A DNA stretch of 64,000 nucleotides from contig NW_024704742.1 of NCBI RefSeq assembly GCF_018977255.1, forward strand, positions 123,320,001-123,384,000. Reading direction: 5' to 3'. The stretch comes from Callorhinchus milii. Lineage: Eukaryota. Made by a program: the position numbers and the translations under genes. Under the pieces are notes generated by a model, which saw only the letters and a program-made list of their open reading frames with translations, ran no database searches and was not told the origin of the DNA. Positions 24,601 through 34,610 of this stretch are shown here, in pieces. The number at the start of each line of letters is the position of its first letter. The first letter of the stretch is position 1.

Positions 24601-24655
24601 AAGTTACATGCCTCAGGCTGTGAAGCACAACAGCTATATGCCTCAGTCAAAATAA
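621..24655 (+). CDS. IL6ST: Interleukin-6 receptor subunit beta (gp130), spliced CDS of 15 coding exons, 915 aa (923 aa with alternative donor)
   Basis: Exons join in frame with GT-AG boundaries. Sizes (e.g. 155, 160, 183, 102, 147, 141, 97 nt) match the mammalian IL6ST layout as recalled. Diagnostic motifs: [28 protein letters not shown], WPNVx[35 protein letters not shown], terminal YMPQ x2. Confidence 0.97.
1089..1448 (+). mobile_element. tRNA-derived SINE, long form, between L2 fragments (about 980-1088 and 1480-1705)
   Basis: GTGGAGTCCTGTA head with A/B-box-like motifs, CTCTGTTTACCTAGCAGTAAGTA segment, conserved body, (TTA)n tail. Confidence 0.85.
1859..2127 (-). mobile_element. tRNA-derived SINE, short form, 5'-truncated
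   Basis: Near-identical in reverse complement to 11419-11737. Confidence 0.9.
2682..2984 (+). CDS. IL6ST: IL6ST coding exon 2, Ig-like D1
   Basis: [21 protein letters not shown]...IFW...LLTCN...VRTG; ag acceptor 2680-2681; donor gtaagt 2985; 303 nt, phase 1-1. Confidence 0.95.
3475..3589 (+). CDS. IL6ST: IL6ST coding exon 3, D2 N-half (3' end 3589 or 3613)
   Basis: [38 protein letters not shown] with CxW; two phase-2 donors, gtcagt 3590 and gtgagt 3614. Confidence 0.9.
3661..4009. mobile_element. Tc1/mariner (pogo/Tigger-type) MITE, internally deleted copy
   Basis: TA|CAGTGGAAAC...GTTCTACTG|TA; both ends match 34611-35394 in inverted orientation. Confidence 0.85.
4460..5080 (+). mobile_element. 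Older L2 3' fragment(s)
   Basis: Decayed RLDYANSLL...IQNSAA-type coding sequence and two tail hairpins ending in TTG-rich runs. Confidence 0.75.
5143..5635. repeat. Unclassified ~500 bp interspersed repeat, copy 1
   Basis: Collinear with 61558-62032 and 43181-43520, and in part with 16520-16702 (inverted) and 57740-57960. Confidence 0.8.
5784..5965 (+). CDS. IL6ST: IL6ST coding exon 4, D2 C-half
   Basis: [26 protein letters not shown]...[23 protein letters not shown]; ttttcag acceptor; gtgagt donor 5966. Confidence 0.95.
6053..6285 (-). mobile_element. tRNA-derived SINE, 3' half
   Basis: (AAT)n tail plus conserved body matching the 10522 and 11419 copies. Confidence 0.85.
8035..8189 (+). 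CDS. IL6ST: IL6ST coding exon 5, D3 N-half
   Basis: [12 protein letters not shown]...LTVRWKNP...[17 protein letters not shown]; 155 nt; donor gtaaac. Confidence 0.95.
8536..8695 (+). CDS. IL6ST: IL6ST coding exon 6, D3 C-half with WSXWS
   Basis: [58 protein letters not shown] at 8650-8664; 160 nt. Confidence 0.97.
8952..10458 (-). mobile_element. L2-clade LINE, 5'-truncated young copy (RT region)
   Basis: ORF fragments [57 protein letters not shown]; (AAC)n tail. Confidence 0.95.
10522..10855 (+). mobile_element. tRNA(Ala)-derived SINE, short form, full length
   Basis: A box TAGCTCAGTGG, anticodon arm CTCGC-TTTGCAA-GTGAG, B box GAGTTCAATTCC, L2-like tail, (TTA)n. Confidence 0.93.
11110..11217 (+). 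mobile_element. Penelope-like terminal-repeat fragment with degenerate hammerhead ribozyme
   Basis: GGGTT-CTGACAA-AGGGTC-GTG-GACCT-GAAA-CATT-GACTC, then TCCATAGATGCTACCTGACCTACTGAGT; flanked by direct repeat TTCATTACT. Confidence 0.7.
11419..11737 (+). mobile_element. tRNA(Ala)-derived SINE, short form, full length
   Basis: Nearly identical to 10522-10855; probable TSD ATTACACTT (11408-11416 and 11735-11743). Confidence 0.93.
12669..12748 (+). CDS. IL6ST: IL6ST coding exon 7, D4 start
   Basis: [27 protein letters not shown]; polypyrimidine + cag acceptor; donor gtacct. Confidence 0.92.
13150..13355 (+). mobile_element. SINE 3' half (similar fragments near 6677, 7690, 12250, 12975, 28310, 29512, 37452, 50898, 59685)
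   Basis: GACTGTTTGTGGGACA..GCTGTGCGC..TTGGCTGC body and GCGCTATATCAAATGCAAGGATTATT tail. Confidence 0.8.
13703..13916 (+). CDS. IL6ST: IL6ST coding exon 8, D4
   Basis: [18 protein letters not shown]...[27 protein letters not shown]; ttgcag acceptor; gtgagc donor. Confidence 0.93.
14091..14273 (+). CDS. IL6ST: IL6ST coding exon 9, D5 N-part
   Basis: [21 protein letters not shown]...FLIEWC...YWQHE...TFLK; 183 nt; donor AAG|gtggca. Confidence 0.92.
14465..14664 (-). mobile_element. Ancient SINE, AmnSINE2-like
   Basis: Reverse complement has a tRNA-like head, then CTGCTGAGTTAGTTCATCTGAGC..GCAGTAGGGG..CCTCAG..TTCCTACTCCTGATTGCTA, resembling the recalled AmnSINE2 consensus. Related copies at 32880-33180 and 62085-62935. 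Confidence 0.6.
14681..15410 (-). mobile_element. CR1 LINE 3' fragment
   Basis: ORF 14802-15299 [17 protein letters not shown]...[17 protein letters not shown]1-type tail GAATGGCCTACTCCTG. Confidence 0.92.
15549..15925 (+). mobile_element. DeuSINE-type (SacSINE1/AmnSINE1-like) SINE
   Basis: tRNA-like head plus CAGATGAGACATTAAACC..GGATGTTAAAGAT..CATGGCACTATTTG Deu-domain motif; same family at 21419, 36476, 46532, 50610. Confidence 0.75.
16070..16171 (+). CDS. IL6ST: IL6ST coding exon 10, D5 C-part
   Basis: [34 protein letters not shown]; 102 nt; ccacag acceptor; gtatgt donor. Confidence 0.95.
16520..16702. repeat. Unclassified repeat, partial inverted copy
   Basis: Reverse complement matches about 5160-5350 (CTCTCCCTGGAGGGA..AATTCCGGAGA.TATTAGGC.CAGGTTGG). 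Confidence 0.7.
16838..16984 (+). CDS. IL6ST: IL6ST coding exon 11, D6 N-part
   Basis: [49 protein letters not shown]; 147 nt. Confidence 0.95.
18425..18863 (+). mobile_element. CR1 3' fragment nested in a SINE tail
   Basis: [34 protein letters not shown] plus CR1 tail; SINE halves at about 18345-18422 and 18864-18895. Confidence 0.88.
18905..19320 (+). mobile_element. Older CR1 fragment
   Basis: Decayed [22 protein letters not shown] coding sequence. Confidence 0.65.
19467..19607 (+). CDS. IL6ST: IL6ST coding exon 12, D6 C-part
   Basis: [47 protein letters not shown]; 141 nt; gtaagt donor. Confidence 0.95.
20217..20313 (+). CDS. IL6ST: IL6ST coding exon 13, transmembrane
   Basis: [33 protein letters not shown]; 97 nt. 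Confidence 0.97.
20655..20742 (+). CDS. IL6ST: IL6ST coding exon 14, Box1
   Basis: [29 protein letters not shown]; acag acceptor; gtagga donor. Confidence 0.95.
21419..21690 (+). mobile_element. DeuSINE-type SINE
   Basis: TGTCAGCTTGGATCAGTGGTAGCAC head; CAGATGAGACACTAAACTGAGG..GGACATTAAAGATCTCATGCACTATTCG. Confidence 0.75.
21782..23878 (+). mobile_element. L2-clade LINE, young 5'-truncated copy in the last IL6ST intron
   Basis: RT motifs [32 protein letters not shown]; 3' hairpin 23817-23850 and (TTG)n; ends about 64 nt before the last exon. Confidence 0.96.
23942..24655 (+). CDS. IL6ST: IL6ST last coding exon, cytoplasmic tail
   Basis: Within ORF 23921-24655. Box2-like LKIIEAD; YSTV 24203; YKRQ 24230; STQPLL dileucine; YFKQ 24353; YMPQ 24605 and 24635; stop TAA. 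Confidence 0.97.
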   Translation, partial: NNVGQKEPLNPDGIISDLKIIEADVGSTKYLSTEEDMKPITTLKKEKSMSGEHSSGIGGSSCMSSPRQSVSDSDDGESVQNTSSTVQYSTVASDPCYKRQVPPQGIARSESTQPLLENEEEHMYGNLGSCSTEMKRQYFKQNGNIEEANEGSEAHINKSDVPTHLNGGSLLGLNELSISDQSPDFVGCHPRMEEFPSNNEQTVVRLDFLGFNADLEPDHKSYMPQAVKHNSYMPQSK

Positions 24656-27600
24656 AAAGAAGCAAGGCTTCTTATACCTGTATTTGAAATGAATTCACTT
24701 TGCAGCTCTTGCCTCACAGGCCACGTTGTTTTAAAAACTGCCTTTTGTTAGTATTCATCACTATCCTAAATAAGTGATCGTTGTAATCAGAATATCTAAA
24801 GACTGGTAATATTCAGGCTTATAGTTGCCAAGTGTGATTATGAATATTTTGAGTGAGCTGGAATACTCTTGCCACTAGTTATCTTGGATGAGTTGCATTT
24901 TATTTTGTGTTATTTTGTATTTTAAAAAATGCTAACCTGGTTTAAAAAAAAGTTCTACTTCGACACAGCTGTGCTACGTGGTTCTGCTAACAAAATTCAA
25001 AATGATCCATACAGTTATCTCTATAAATTGGTTCTCTCGGGACTATGATACTTTTCTCGTTACTGAAGCGTTTTTTAAAAAAAAAAGACTTGGAAGTGCT
25101 ACATCCATTCTGTAGTGTGAGTATTCATACTCCAACATATCCTATTCCATATAAGTATTGTACTAAGAATTTTTGGAAGTGTTAGATAGAAAGCAATCAT
25201 GTATTTTGGAATGCATAACATCAATTTTAGTACTCCATTCCAAAGTTTTGTCAGACTGACATCTGCGTGATACAAACCAACCATCAGTGATTTATTACAA
25301 ATCAGATTTTACGAGACATCAAAATGCCAGTCAAGTATCGAAGTGATGACTTGGAGTATGTCCTTCTATTAGAAATCTCTAAATGTGAGGTAACCTCAAA
25401 AAATAGCAAGTGTCAAGTTGAGACGGTTTTAAGCTTTTTTTTTAAATGGCAACAGTGGCTTTATAGCACTACATTTTTTTTCAAATAAATAATCTGGCCC
25501 AAAAATACACTACTGTAGTTAAATGCTTTAAAAGAAAAACTATTTTTATGATGAGACAATCTGTTACATAGCATTTTATTTGACAAGCGAGGAGAGAGGA
25601 GCAAATATACCCAATTGTGAAGACAAAACACTGGAGCTAGGAACTATATATTCAGTCAGTTTATCATAGATTGTATTATCTTCCAAATCTGTATGACATG
25701 GCAACATTTTCAAATCTCTTATAGCTATCTTTATAGAATTTTAACCACAAAGCTATCTTACTTATATTGCCAAATGTAGAAAGCTTAACGGAGTTGAATT
25801 TTGAATGTAAGCTTTTCATAAACAGCTTTTTGGGAAAAACGGAAGGTATACCACTTAAAGAAATCCTTTGTAATTTAAGCTTGATGCTTCAATAAATCTA
25901 AGCCACCCGTTATTCTTATTCTCACTTTAGAAAAGCAGCTTTTCTTGATGTAAGCCATACCAAAGCACTTGCTGGATGTTGAAGTAACACTAACACTGAA
26001 CCTGCTTAACACCAAAGGTTCAATTAAATCATGGGAATTCTGTGTTATATATTACTCTGTATGTTAATGGTGAGAATTCCATATGCCAAGAAAGTGATAA
26101 AGTTCAGCCAAATATATATATATAATATATACATATACTGTTATTCCAATTTGTCCAAAACATGTATTTTTTAAAAAGGTTTAAGTTGTACAATTAAACG
26201 CCAAACCAATGGTGATGCTTTGCAACATTTCCTTTGCTTGTGTGATGCCGACCTAATGCCTGGAGGACATGAGCACTTGTCTGTTTCTCACACTATTGTT
26301 AAAAGAGCTCCTGCAACACACAGCCAGTGGGGTGACACTTTTGATTTCCTGTTAAATTTTCTAACCATATAAGAATCAATTTACAATTCTGTTTAGTGGT
26401 GCTCTCCACTCATAACATAGCCTCTCGGTAGCTATTCAGCCCAATAAATAATTAGATCAGAATCCCCATCTATCTACATTTTAACTGGAAGATTCTCACT
26501 GGTTGCAGATTTTTTTTTAAAATTAATAATTAAATGTTGGCAATTTAATCCAGTAATTTTAAGCAGCATAATTTACCTATACACTATGACTGCAAGTTAT
26601 AATGTAGACTTAATGAATAATAAAAAAAATTCTCTGCCATAACAGTTTTTCTTTAAAAAGAATAAAAAGTATACGGTTAGGGCTCTGGCAATGACCCGAT
26701 GCTTTTCTCATTCTATTCGAGTTAAAAATGAATGTACCTGTGTCTTTATTAGAGCTTCTGTTCGGGGTTTGAAAATATTGCCCATACTCCCTCTAGGAAG
26801 GTACTCACTCAGTCCACGGTCTTGCTTCCTATACTTTCTGGCTCCAAAGTTACTAAGCCTTAAACACTGTTACAAATTTGCTTGCAATCCATGTGTTCAA
26901 ATTTTGTATCATAAATGATTGTTATGCAGAAAGTTTCTTAAGTAGCAATAGAATTTGGAGAAATTGATACTTAAGTTCTTTTGACCGCAGTATTATGCAC
27001 GAACTGCCCATTAGAGATGTTTTCAGCAAGGAAATTATTGAATAGTTAATCAAGGTCTATTTTGTATTTAAAGCTAAGATATACTGGAATATTGTATCAC
27101 TAAGGCTAAAATAAAAAGTATGTGTATTTTTAACCCCTCCCTCTTCTCATGTCCTTTGTTTTAGACAGCAAAGAGGAACTCTTGCTACTCTAATTAATAG
27201 TGTTTTTCTAATAGACTAATTGAAATCTATGAACAGTTCCTGAAAATGTTGTGCTCTGCTATTATAGTATGCTTCAGAATTATGTGAGTTGTTTTGGGAT
27301 TAAAGTGTCTGCATTATTTTTACCACCTGTTCGATTACAAATACTTTCAAAGTCAGTATGTTATCTGTACAGATGTTCAGCTATTTAGAAAATGTATATA
27401 CTGCTTGTTTGCTTTACACATATTAAAAAGAGGTTCACAGCTAGAGTACTGCTCTCACAGCTTTGTAAGTAGTAATGCACTTATTAGACTCTTGTGTAGT
27501 TTTCACCACGTAATGTAAGTAGATTCATTTGATGTACAAGTCCAAACATTTGTTTTTATTTGTGTACCTCCGGTCTGCTCCACGTCCCCCGTCCCAATCG

Positions 27601-28180
27601 CCCCACCATCGGTGGTCGGGCCTTCAGCCTCTCAGCCCCCAGGCTCTGGAACTCTATCCCCCAGTGCCTTCGCCGCTTCCTCCCTTTCCTCCTTCAAGGC
27701 CGGTCTCAAAACCTTTCTCTTTGACCGAGCCTTCAGCTCCCCTCTCGACTCTCTACCCCCTCCTCGCTCCCTCCCCTCCCCCTGACCATTTCCCCCCTGC
27801 TCGGGTCATGACCCAACTGTGCAGCGCCTTGGGACATCCTCCTGACGTGAAAGGCGCTTTATAAATGGAATCTTGTTGTTGTTATTGTTGTACCTTTTTA
27901 TTTGATCCTAAATTGTAATATTAGATTGTGTTGACGAACAAGAAGGCTATTAAGGTCATTTTACCTGAAATGTATTATTGGAAGTATTCCCATTTTTTAA
28001 AAAGCATTAAATCTGTGGTACACTTAATGTTCCTAGTTGTATACCATTTACGGTAGTTTTGTTGCAAAGTAGTACTAAAATTCCCAAATGGAATAATTTG
28101 CCTTTTCATAATCAAAGATATGTATGAAATATTATTTTCCAGTAGAAAAAATAAACATCCCGGTTTACCAACTCAGACTG
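24656..28180 (+). other. IL6ST: Probable long 3' UTR of IL6ST
   Basis: About 2.9 kb after the stop with no TE I could recognise, unlike the flanks. Several AATAAA; the one at 28150-28155 is followed by a GT-rich tract. The end is a guess. Confidence 0.5.
27568..27890 (+). mobile_element. L2 3' end inserted in the putative 3' UTR
   Basis: Matches about 23566-23878; TGTACCT repeated at 27563-27569 and 27889-27895 (possible TSD). Confidence 0.9.
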
Positions 28181-29719
28181 TTTGTGCAAATTATTAGTCT
28201 CGCTAACTTTAAAATTGCATTGAATATGATGCTAAAATTGTAAAGTCACCACTAATATTTACAGTATACTTGCCGTAAAGTATAATAGTCATAATACATG
28301 GGTATGAAAGAACAAATCCTCTAGATAACATCAGTCATTCACTTCATGGCTGTTTCTGAGACATTGCTGTGTGCAAATTGGATGCCGTGTTTGCCCACAA
28401 ATACAGTCAATACATTTCCCAGTAAAATCTTATGAAGTGCTTTGAGATGATCTGATATGATAAGGTGCAATCTCAAATGCGAGGATTATTATTATTTAGT
28501 ACGTCTATTGTACTACTGCTACTGGCTCTTCCATCAAAGCCCATCACCAATATGACTTACCACCTGTTTTACGGAGCTGCATTTATTGTGATGGTGTTTC
28601 TATTCTCAATATTCAAATTCTGTTGTTTTTAAAAGCTTTCATAACAACTATAATTTTTTTGTCTTTGTTTCCTCTTAGATATTTTAAGTTTCGCAGGAAA
28701 TAAAATGCACTCGGCTATAGCCTCTACAATTTTTTTTTGCATTGTTTCCGGTTAAATATTTTTAAATTATGAGGAAATGCAGTTTTTCTTTAAATATTTT
28801 TAAACAGCTGTGTTGATTTGAATTTGCAGTATATATCAATATTAATTTCAGACAAAATATCAGGCATTTTGCTCCTGCTCTCTGGAACTCCATTCCCGAG
28901 GCTCTCTGCATTGCTCTCTTCATTCTTACCTTCAGAAACCATACAACTTTGACCACCTCCACCCACCCACCAAGTTGGAGGGAAATTGGAATCGGAGGAG
29001 GCAGCAAATGTCTTACAAAGAGAACTTAATTGGACATGGCTATCGGCTAATGATTGACAAATTAAGTTCAATACCAAGTATTATATATGAGTCCGTAGAT
29101 GGTAGAGCGCTTGCCAAGGAAGAAGCTCAAAGAGATTTTGTTCTGCAACTCAAAACTGAGGTATCAATAAAAAGGAAAAACAGATGCTAGGTTATAGTCC
29201 TAAATCAGTTGATTTCAGATCCCTTTGGCAAATTAAGTATAATGTAAGAAATGTGATGTAATTCACTTATGTAATTCTCCAACTGGTTGATCATTGTCTT
29301 CTCACATATACTCCCTAAGGCCTAGAGGAAGGAGTGATATTTACTGCCTTTTAAAAAGTAAAGTTTATATTTTTATTTCAAGTTCCATGAAATACTTTGT
29401 GGTCTGGCTTCATTTTCAATTGAACTAACTGCGCAATTCTATCGCTCCATCCTCTTTTTGATCATGTACTAGAGGACCACCAACCGGTTGGAAACCCCTG
29501 GTCTAGATGGTGATAATAATAACCCTTGCATTTGATATAGTGCCTTCTCACATTGTTGAGACTTCTCAAAGCGCTTCACAGAACATATTGTGAAGTGGAT
29601 TGACTGTGAATTTGGTGGGCGGCAGCCAATTGCGCACAGCAGTGTCCCACAAACAGTCTTGGATTGAGTGACCAAATTATTATTATTATTATTTGGTTTG
29701 AAGGGATCATTACCCCCCA

Positions 29720-30290
29720 GAAAAATACCTAAGAGGAATGGAGAAGCAAAGAGATCTGGAAATTCAGATCCACAAATCTCTAAAAGTAGCTGTAAAGGTA
29801 GATAAGGCTGTAGAAAAGCCCTCTTGGGCTTTATATCCAGAGGGATAGAATATAAAAGTGAGGAGGTGATGTTGAATTTGTACAACATTCAATATCACCT
29901 CTTAGACCACATTTAGATTATTGTATCCAATTCTGGTCTCCACATTTTAAGCAAGCTCTTTAGTGCTCTGGCCAAGCTTCACCTGGAGTAGTGCATGTGG
30001 TTTTGGATGTTGCAATATAAGGGCTGTCTATACCTTAGAGGTAGAGAAGAGCAACATGGACGATTCCCATTGTAGAAGAAATGAGCTATGAGGGTTAACT
30101 AGATAATCCAGTGCTCTTCAGCCTTGAAAAAAGAGGTTTCAGTGGACACTTAAAAGAGGTAAACGTGATTTTAAATAGGCTGAGAAAATAAACCGCCAAA
30201 ATACTTTAGTATACAACAAGGTGTCAGAACAAGATGGCACAGGTTCAGGGTTGCAAACAGAAATGTACGAAACCTGCAACACATCAATCA
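29720..30290 (+). mobile_element. Decayed CR1 fragments
   Basis: LLGFISRGIEYKSEEVMLNLY..RPHLDYCIQFWSPHF-like remnants. Confidence 0.65.
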
Positions 30291-30469
30291 GCATTTGGAT
30301 GAAAATAAATGGGTTAATTTTTCATGTGGGAAGTGCATCTATTTTTCTTGTTCAAATCCTTATTGATCTGCTGTGGATTTCCACTATTTCTATTGTCCAC
30401 CCAAACACTGCTTCTGATGACTGTTAGGCTAAAAGCAGCATAGGTTGACTGACTAAATAATATCCATGA

Positions 30470-31150
30470 CAATAACAACAAGGTACAACAACAAGATTAC
30501 ATTTGTATAGCGCCTTTCACGTCGGGAGGACATCCCAAGGCGCTGGACAGAGTACAGCATTTCAGACCCGAGCTGCGGTGGGGGGAGGGGGTGGCCGATG
30601 GCATGGTTGAAGAGGAGGGTCTTGAGGCAGGTCTTGAAGGAGGCTAAGGAGGGGGGCGAGGTGGAGTGATTGGGGGATGGAATTCCAGAGGTTGGGGGCA
30701 GAGTGGCTGAAGGCTCTCCCGCCAATGGTGGGGCGGGTGGGTTGGGGAACGTGGAGCCGGCCAGAGCCGGTTGAGCAGAGGGAGCGGGTGGGTTGGTAGG
30801 GGGTTAGGAGGTCGCAGAGGTAGGGTGGGGCGAGTCCATGGAGGGCTTTGTATGTGAGGACCAGGATCTTGAACTGGATCCTCTGAAGGACAGGGAGCCA
30901 GTGGAGTCGGGCGAGAGTGGGGAGATGGGGTCACGGAGTTTGGTGCAGGAGAGGACATGGGCTGCAGAGTTCTGGATTATCTGCAGCCTGTGGAGGGAGG
31001 AGTTGGGAAGGCCAACAAGCAGGGCATTTGCATAGTCGAGCCTGGAGGTGATGAAGGCATGAACAAGAGTTTCAGTGGCCTGAGGGATGAGGTAGTGGTG
31101 GAGTCGGGTGATGTTATGGAGGTGAGGGAAGGCAGAGCGGGTCATGGCAT
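30470..31150 (-). mobile_element. L2 3' fragment, older subfamily
   Basis: [28 protein letters not shown]; tail hairpin and (AAC)n. Confidence 0.9.
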
Positions 31151-34100
31151 TTGGGCTACACAGTAGCTGGTCATTTCCAAACTGTTGATGATATAAAACA
31201 TGACTGAATAAAATTGATAGCCCCAAAATAAAAGCATAAGATTGTTTTCTAATTGAACCGACATTAACTAGATAAATACTTGAACTGTGAGTGTCACTAC
31301 ATTGTCTGAGCTGCACAGATTCTGCTGCTGGGTTTCCTCCCAGAGGGTTTTCACCAGTCAATTTTGGCATGTGAGCAGTATTGACATTTCCGTCCCTAAA
31401 CCATCTGGCTAGAAATGATAACACTAATAAGGAGACACTTCTCACACTATTTTGTCTTAAAATTTAAGAGTGCACAGAATTATAGTAAATTCTTCAAGTC
31501 AGTCTAATTTGGACGCTGGTTCTTTTATGAACTGCAAGAAAACCAGCATTCAAATGTCACAATTTTCTACAATTCTACAAGTAATCTAAAATTTTAAGAC
31601 AAAACACTCTTAGAAATATAGAAACAGGAGTAGGCTATTCAGCCATTTTACCTTAATTACCCTGACCTAACAAATATCCATCTTCTGCTGTCTTGAAAAT
31701 TTGAATGGATCCAGCATCCAAAGTCTTTTGAGGGAGAGAGCTCCAGATTTCACTACCCTTTGGGTGAAAAACTGCTTCTTAATAATATCACCTTAATCTT
31801 GCCGGTTAAGGTGATATTTTCAGCCTTTCAATGAGGACATTTGGCCCATCAAGCCTTTGTTTGCACATCACTGGAGTAAACGACTCAATGCCTGGAAGAG
31901 TAAAGTATAAGTATCATGTGATATTGTGCAAAGTATAAGGTGATCCATTAAACCTGACCTTGTTGAGCTTCGGTTCACTTAGAGTGCAGACCAGCTATAT
32001 TGGAAGTACAGTAAACATGGGTTACAGTGCTGACTATAGGGCTTCCCACACTACAAATTTGCTGCCTTGGGTTGTCAGTCGCCGCTGACAATCCAAGGCA
32101 TGAAGGAAAGCGTGAAGGAAATGATGCCAGCGACCCTTTCTTGCACCTTGTGGATATGCACCAAATGCGCAGGAAATAATGTCAGCGGTGACCTGACATC
32201 CTGGAAACAGGAACAGCGACATTTGGGATCTAAGAATTTTGGGGTTGCCCTGTGTGTGGCCTGATCTGACAAAACTATTCTTAAAAAATCCACCAAAAAT
32301 GTAGAACTCGTTTAATTCAGATTGGAGGAATGTGAAGCTTTTATTTATCTGACTAAACTAATTTTCTATGATTAAGCCTCACTTTGCAGGATTGCTACGT
32401 GTTGCAGCAGCGCCAGTTACACTGTCAGCTAATCTGGTTCTCTTTTTAAGAACTGATTTTCTCTATGAAACATAGTCAGCATTCCAACAAAACCCAGTAA
32501 AGAGAAATGAATCTGGCAGTGCTTCAAAGCACAGATTCCTGTTCCATGAGCTGTTTATCCTTGCACATTTGTTTGGGGGGGATTTTAATGCATTTACTGT
32601 GAAGTAGGTTGCACTTTAACATGGAATTTCACGTGACCTTATTTTATATTTACGTTAGTAGACAGACTAGCTGCATTTGTAGGAATCATATTTTCGTATA
32701 TCTTTCAATCCACTGTCAATGCCAGGATGAACCTTGTATATTGTAGCTGCTCCCCTCCACATTCCAATCCAGTAATTGAAGTTGTAGTAAACCTGTATTA
32801 TGGTAAGGGTAGAAAGGGTAAAGGGTACTGTTCATCCTAAAGGTGTGCTGTGTTTTGTGCATGGAAAGCATTTCTATCGCTGTCCCTGCATGGTTGAGTG
32901 AGTAGTTGAGCCATTCAGTGTGCAAAAGGCCCAATTATAATACACAATCTGTGCTGAATTAGGTAATTTCAGATTGAGCCAAAATAGGAATTTCAATTAT
33001 CCTTAAAATAAGAAAGGAAAGTGAGCCATGATTATAGCTATGCAACCACCTTTGTTAGCAGTATGGATGCCAAATGAAGATTGGATGAGCCTCAGTTTCT
33101 CATTGCCCCTGTACTCGCTGAATAATGGCCATTAAGTGCAGAGAGCACGAGACACCTGTGGAAGTCTACCCAGGGCAAGGATAAAAGATACAAGTGCCTT
33201 CAGAAGAGAACATGAATGGAGAAAATTGGATACTTTACTTCAGTGATAGAACCATAGAAATTTACAACACAGAGGAAGACTATTTGGCCCATTATGTCTG
33301 TGCTGGCTTTTTGAAAGAGCAAACTATTCAGTCTCATTTCCCTTCCTTTTCTTCATACATTTGCGAATTACTCATTTTCAGATATCTGTCTAGTTCCCAC
33401 TTGAAACTATTATGGATCCTACCTTGACCACTGTACCCAGGCAATCTATGTGCTAACAACCCTCTGCAGTAAATTCTTGACTTTGTTTTAGGACTCCGGG
33501 TTTCCAGAATTTTAACCTAACCAGACTGTTACCGAAACTTAAACATTTTTTAAAAAAATCTGCTGACTAAAAATTTCTGCAGACCCTTGTGCATTTAAAC
33601 TTTCGATTCCCAGCTCTCCAAGCACGTGCCAATGCCACTCTAAGCAGCCTCACCGTGCTTTTAAAATGATGTTAAATTACTGTAATGATGTTGTAATTAC
33701 ACCTTGCAGGAAATTCCAACTCACACCTCCCACCCCCATTAGTCTGAAGTTTTAGTGAAAAAAATTCTCCTAATCCTCCCCTTCGTTCACTTGCTATCAG
33801 AAATCAGTGCCTGTTAATCACTGGCGTTCTGCCACTCTGCCCCCACCCTCTGTAACTCCATCCCATAGTCCCTCTGCCTCGCCTCCTCCCTTGCCTATTT
33901 CAAGACCCATCTCAAGACCTTCCTCTTCGACTGGCTTTTGAGCACCATGCTTCCCCCCCCCACCCTCCACCCTCCCCAATCCCGACCCCCAGCGTGGGTC
34001 CAAAACACTGAACGTCCAGCACCATGGAACGTAATTTTGTAGTTGTTGTTATTGATTCTATAAAAAACCCTCATATTTAAAGATCTCTATCAGGTCTCCT

Positions 34101-34610
34101 CTTAACCTTCCCTTAACCTTATATAATTTGCAAACCTTCAAGCATGGCATCCGTTATTTTCTTGTCTTTAATTTTTTTTAACAAAGTAGCCAAGTGGACT
34201 AAGAGTTAACAGGGTTTTCTTTGAAAAAAAGCCTCAGACAAATCTGGTAATTATTTCAAACTATCATTTTCAATTGCATGAACATGAAGCAATTTTTGCA
34301 ATGAACTGTGAACTTATTACTCATACTATGCTGCAATGATGCGTCTTGGAATTTCCCAGTGTAATTTAAGATTTGTTGCCAGTGCAAGGCTGCAAACTAT
34401 GAAATCACTTCTGTCTTGTGGTAAAGGTTATTACATTTTGCACGTATGCTGTCTGGAAATCTCACATGTTTTCCTTTCGATTTTCCAATCTAAGCATACA
34501 CTTATTCACACGCAGTTCAAATCATTGCACAAGCTAAACAGAACGTGATGGGTAAATCAATGTTTGGCTTCTAATAAACTGCCTTCTGCACAATGCTGGG
34601 CATTTTAAAA

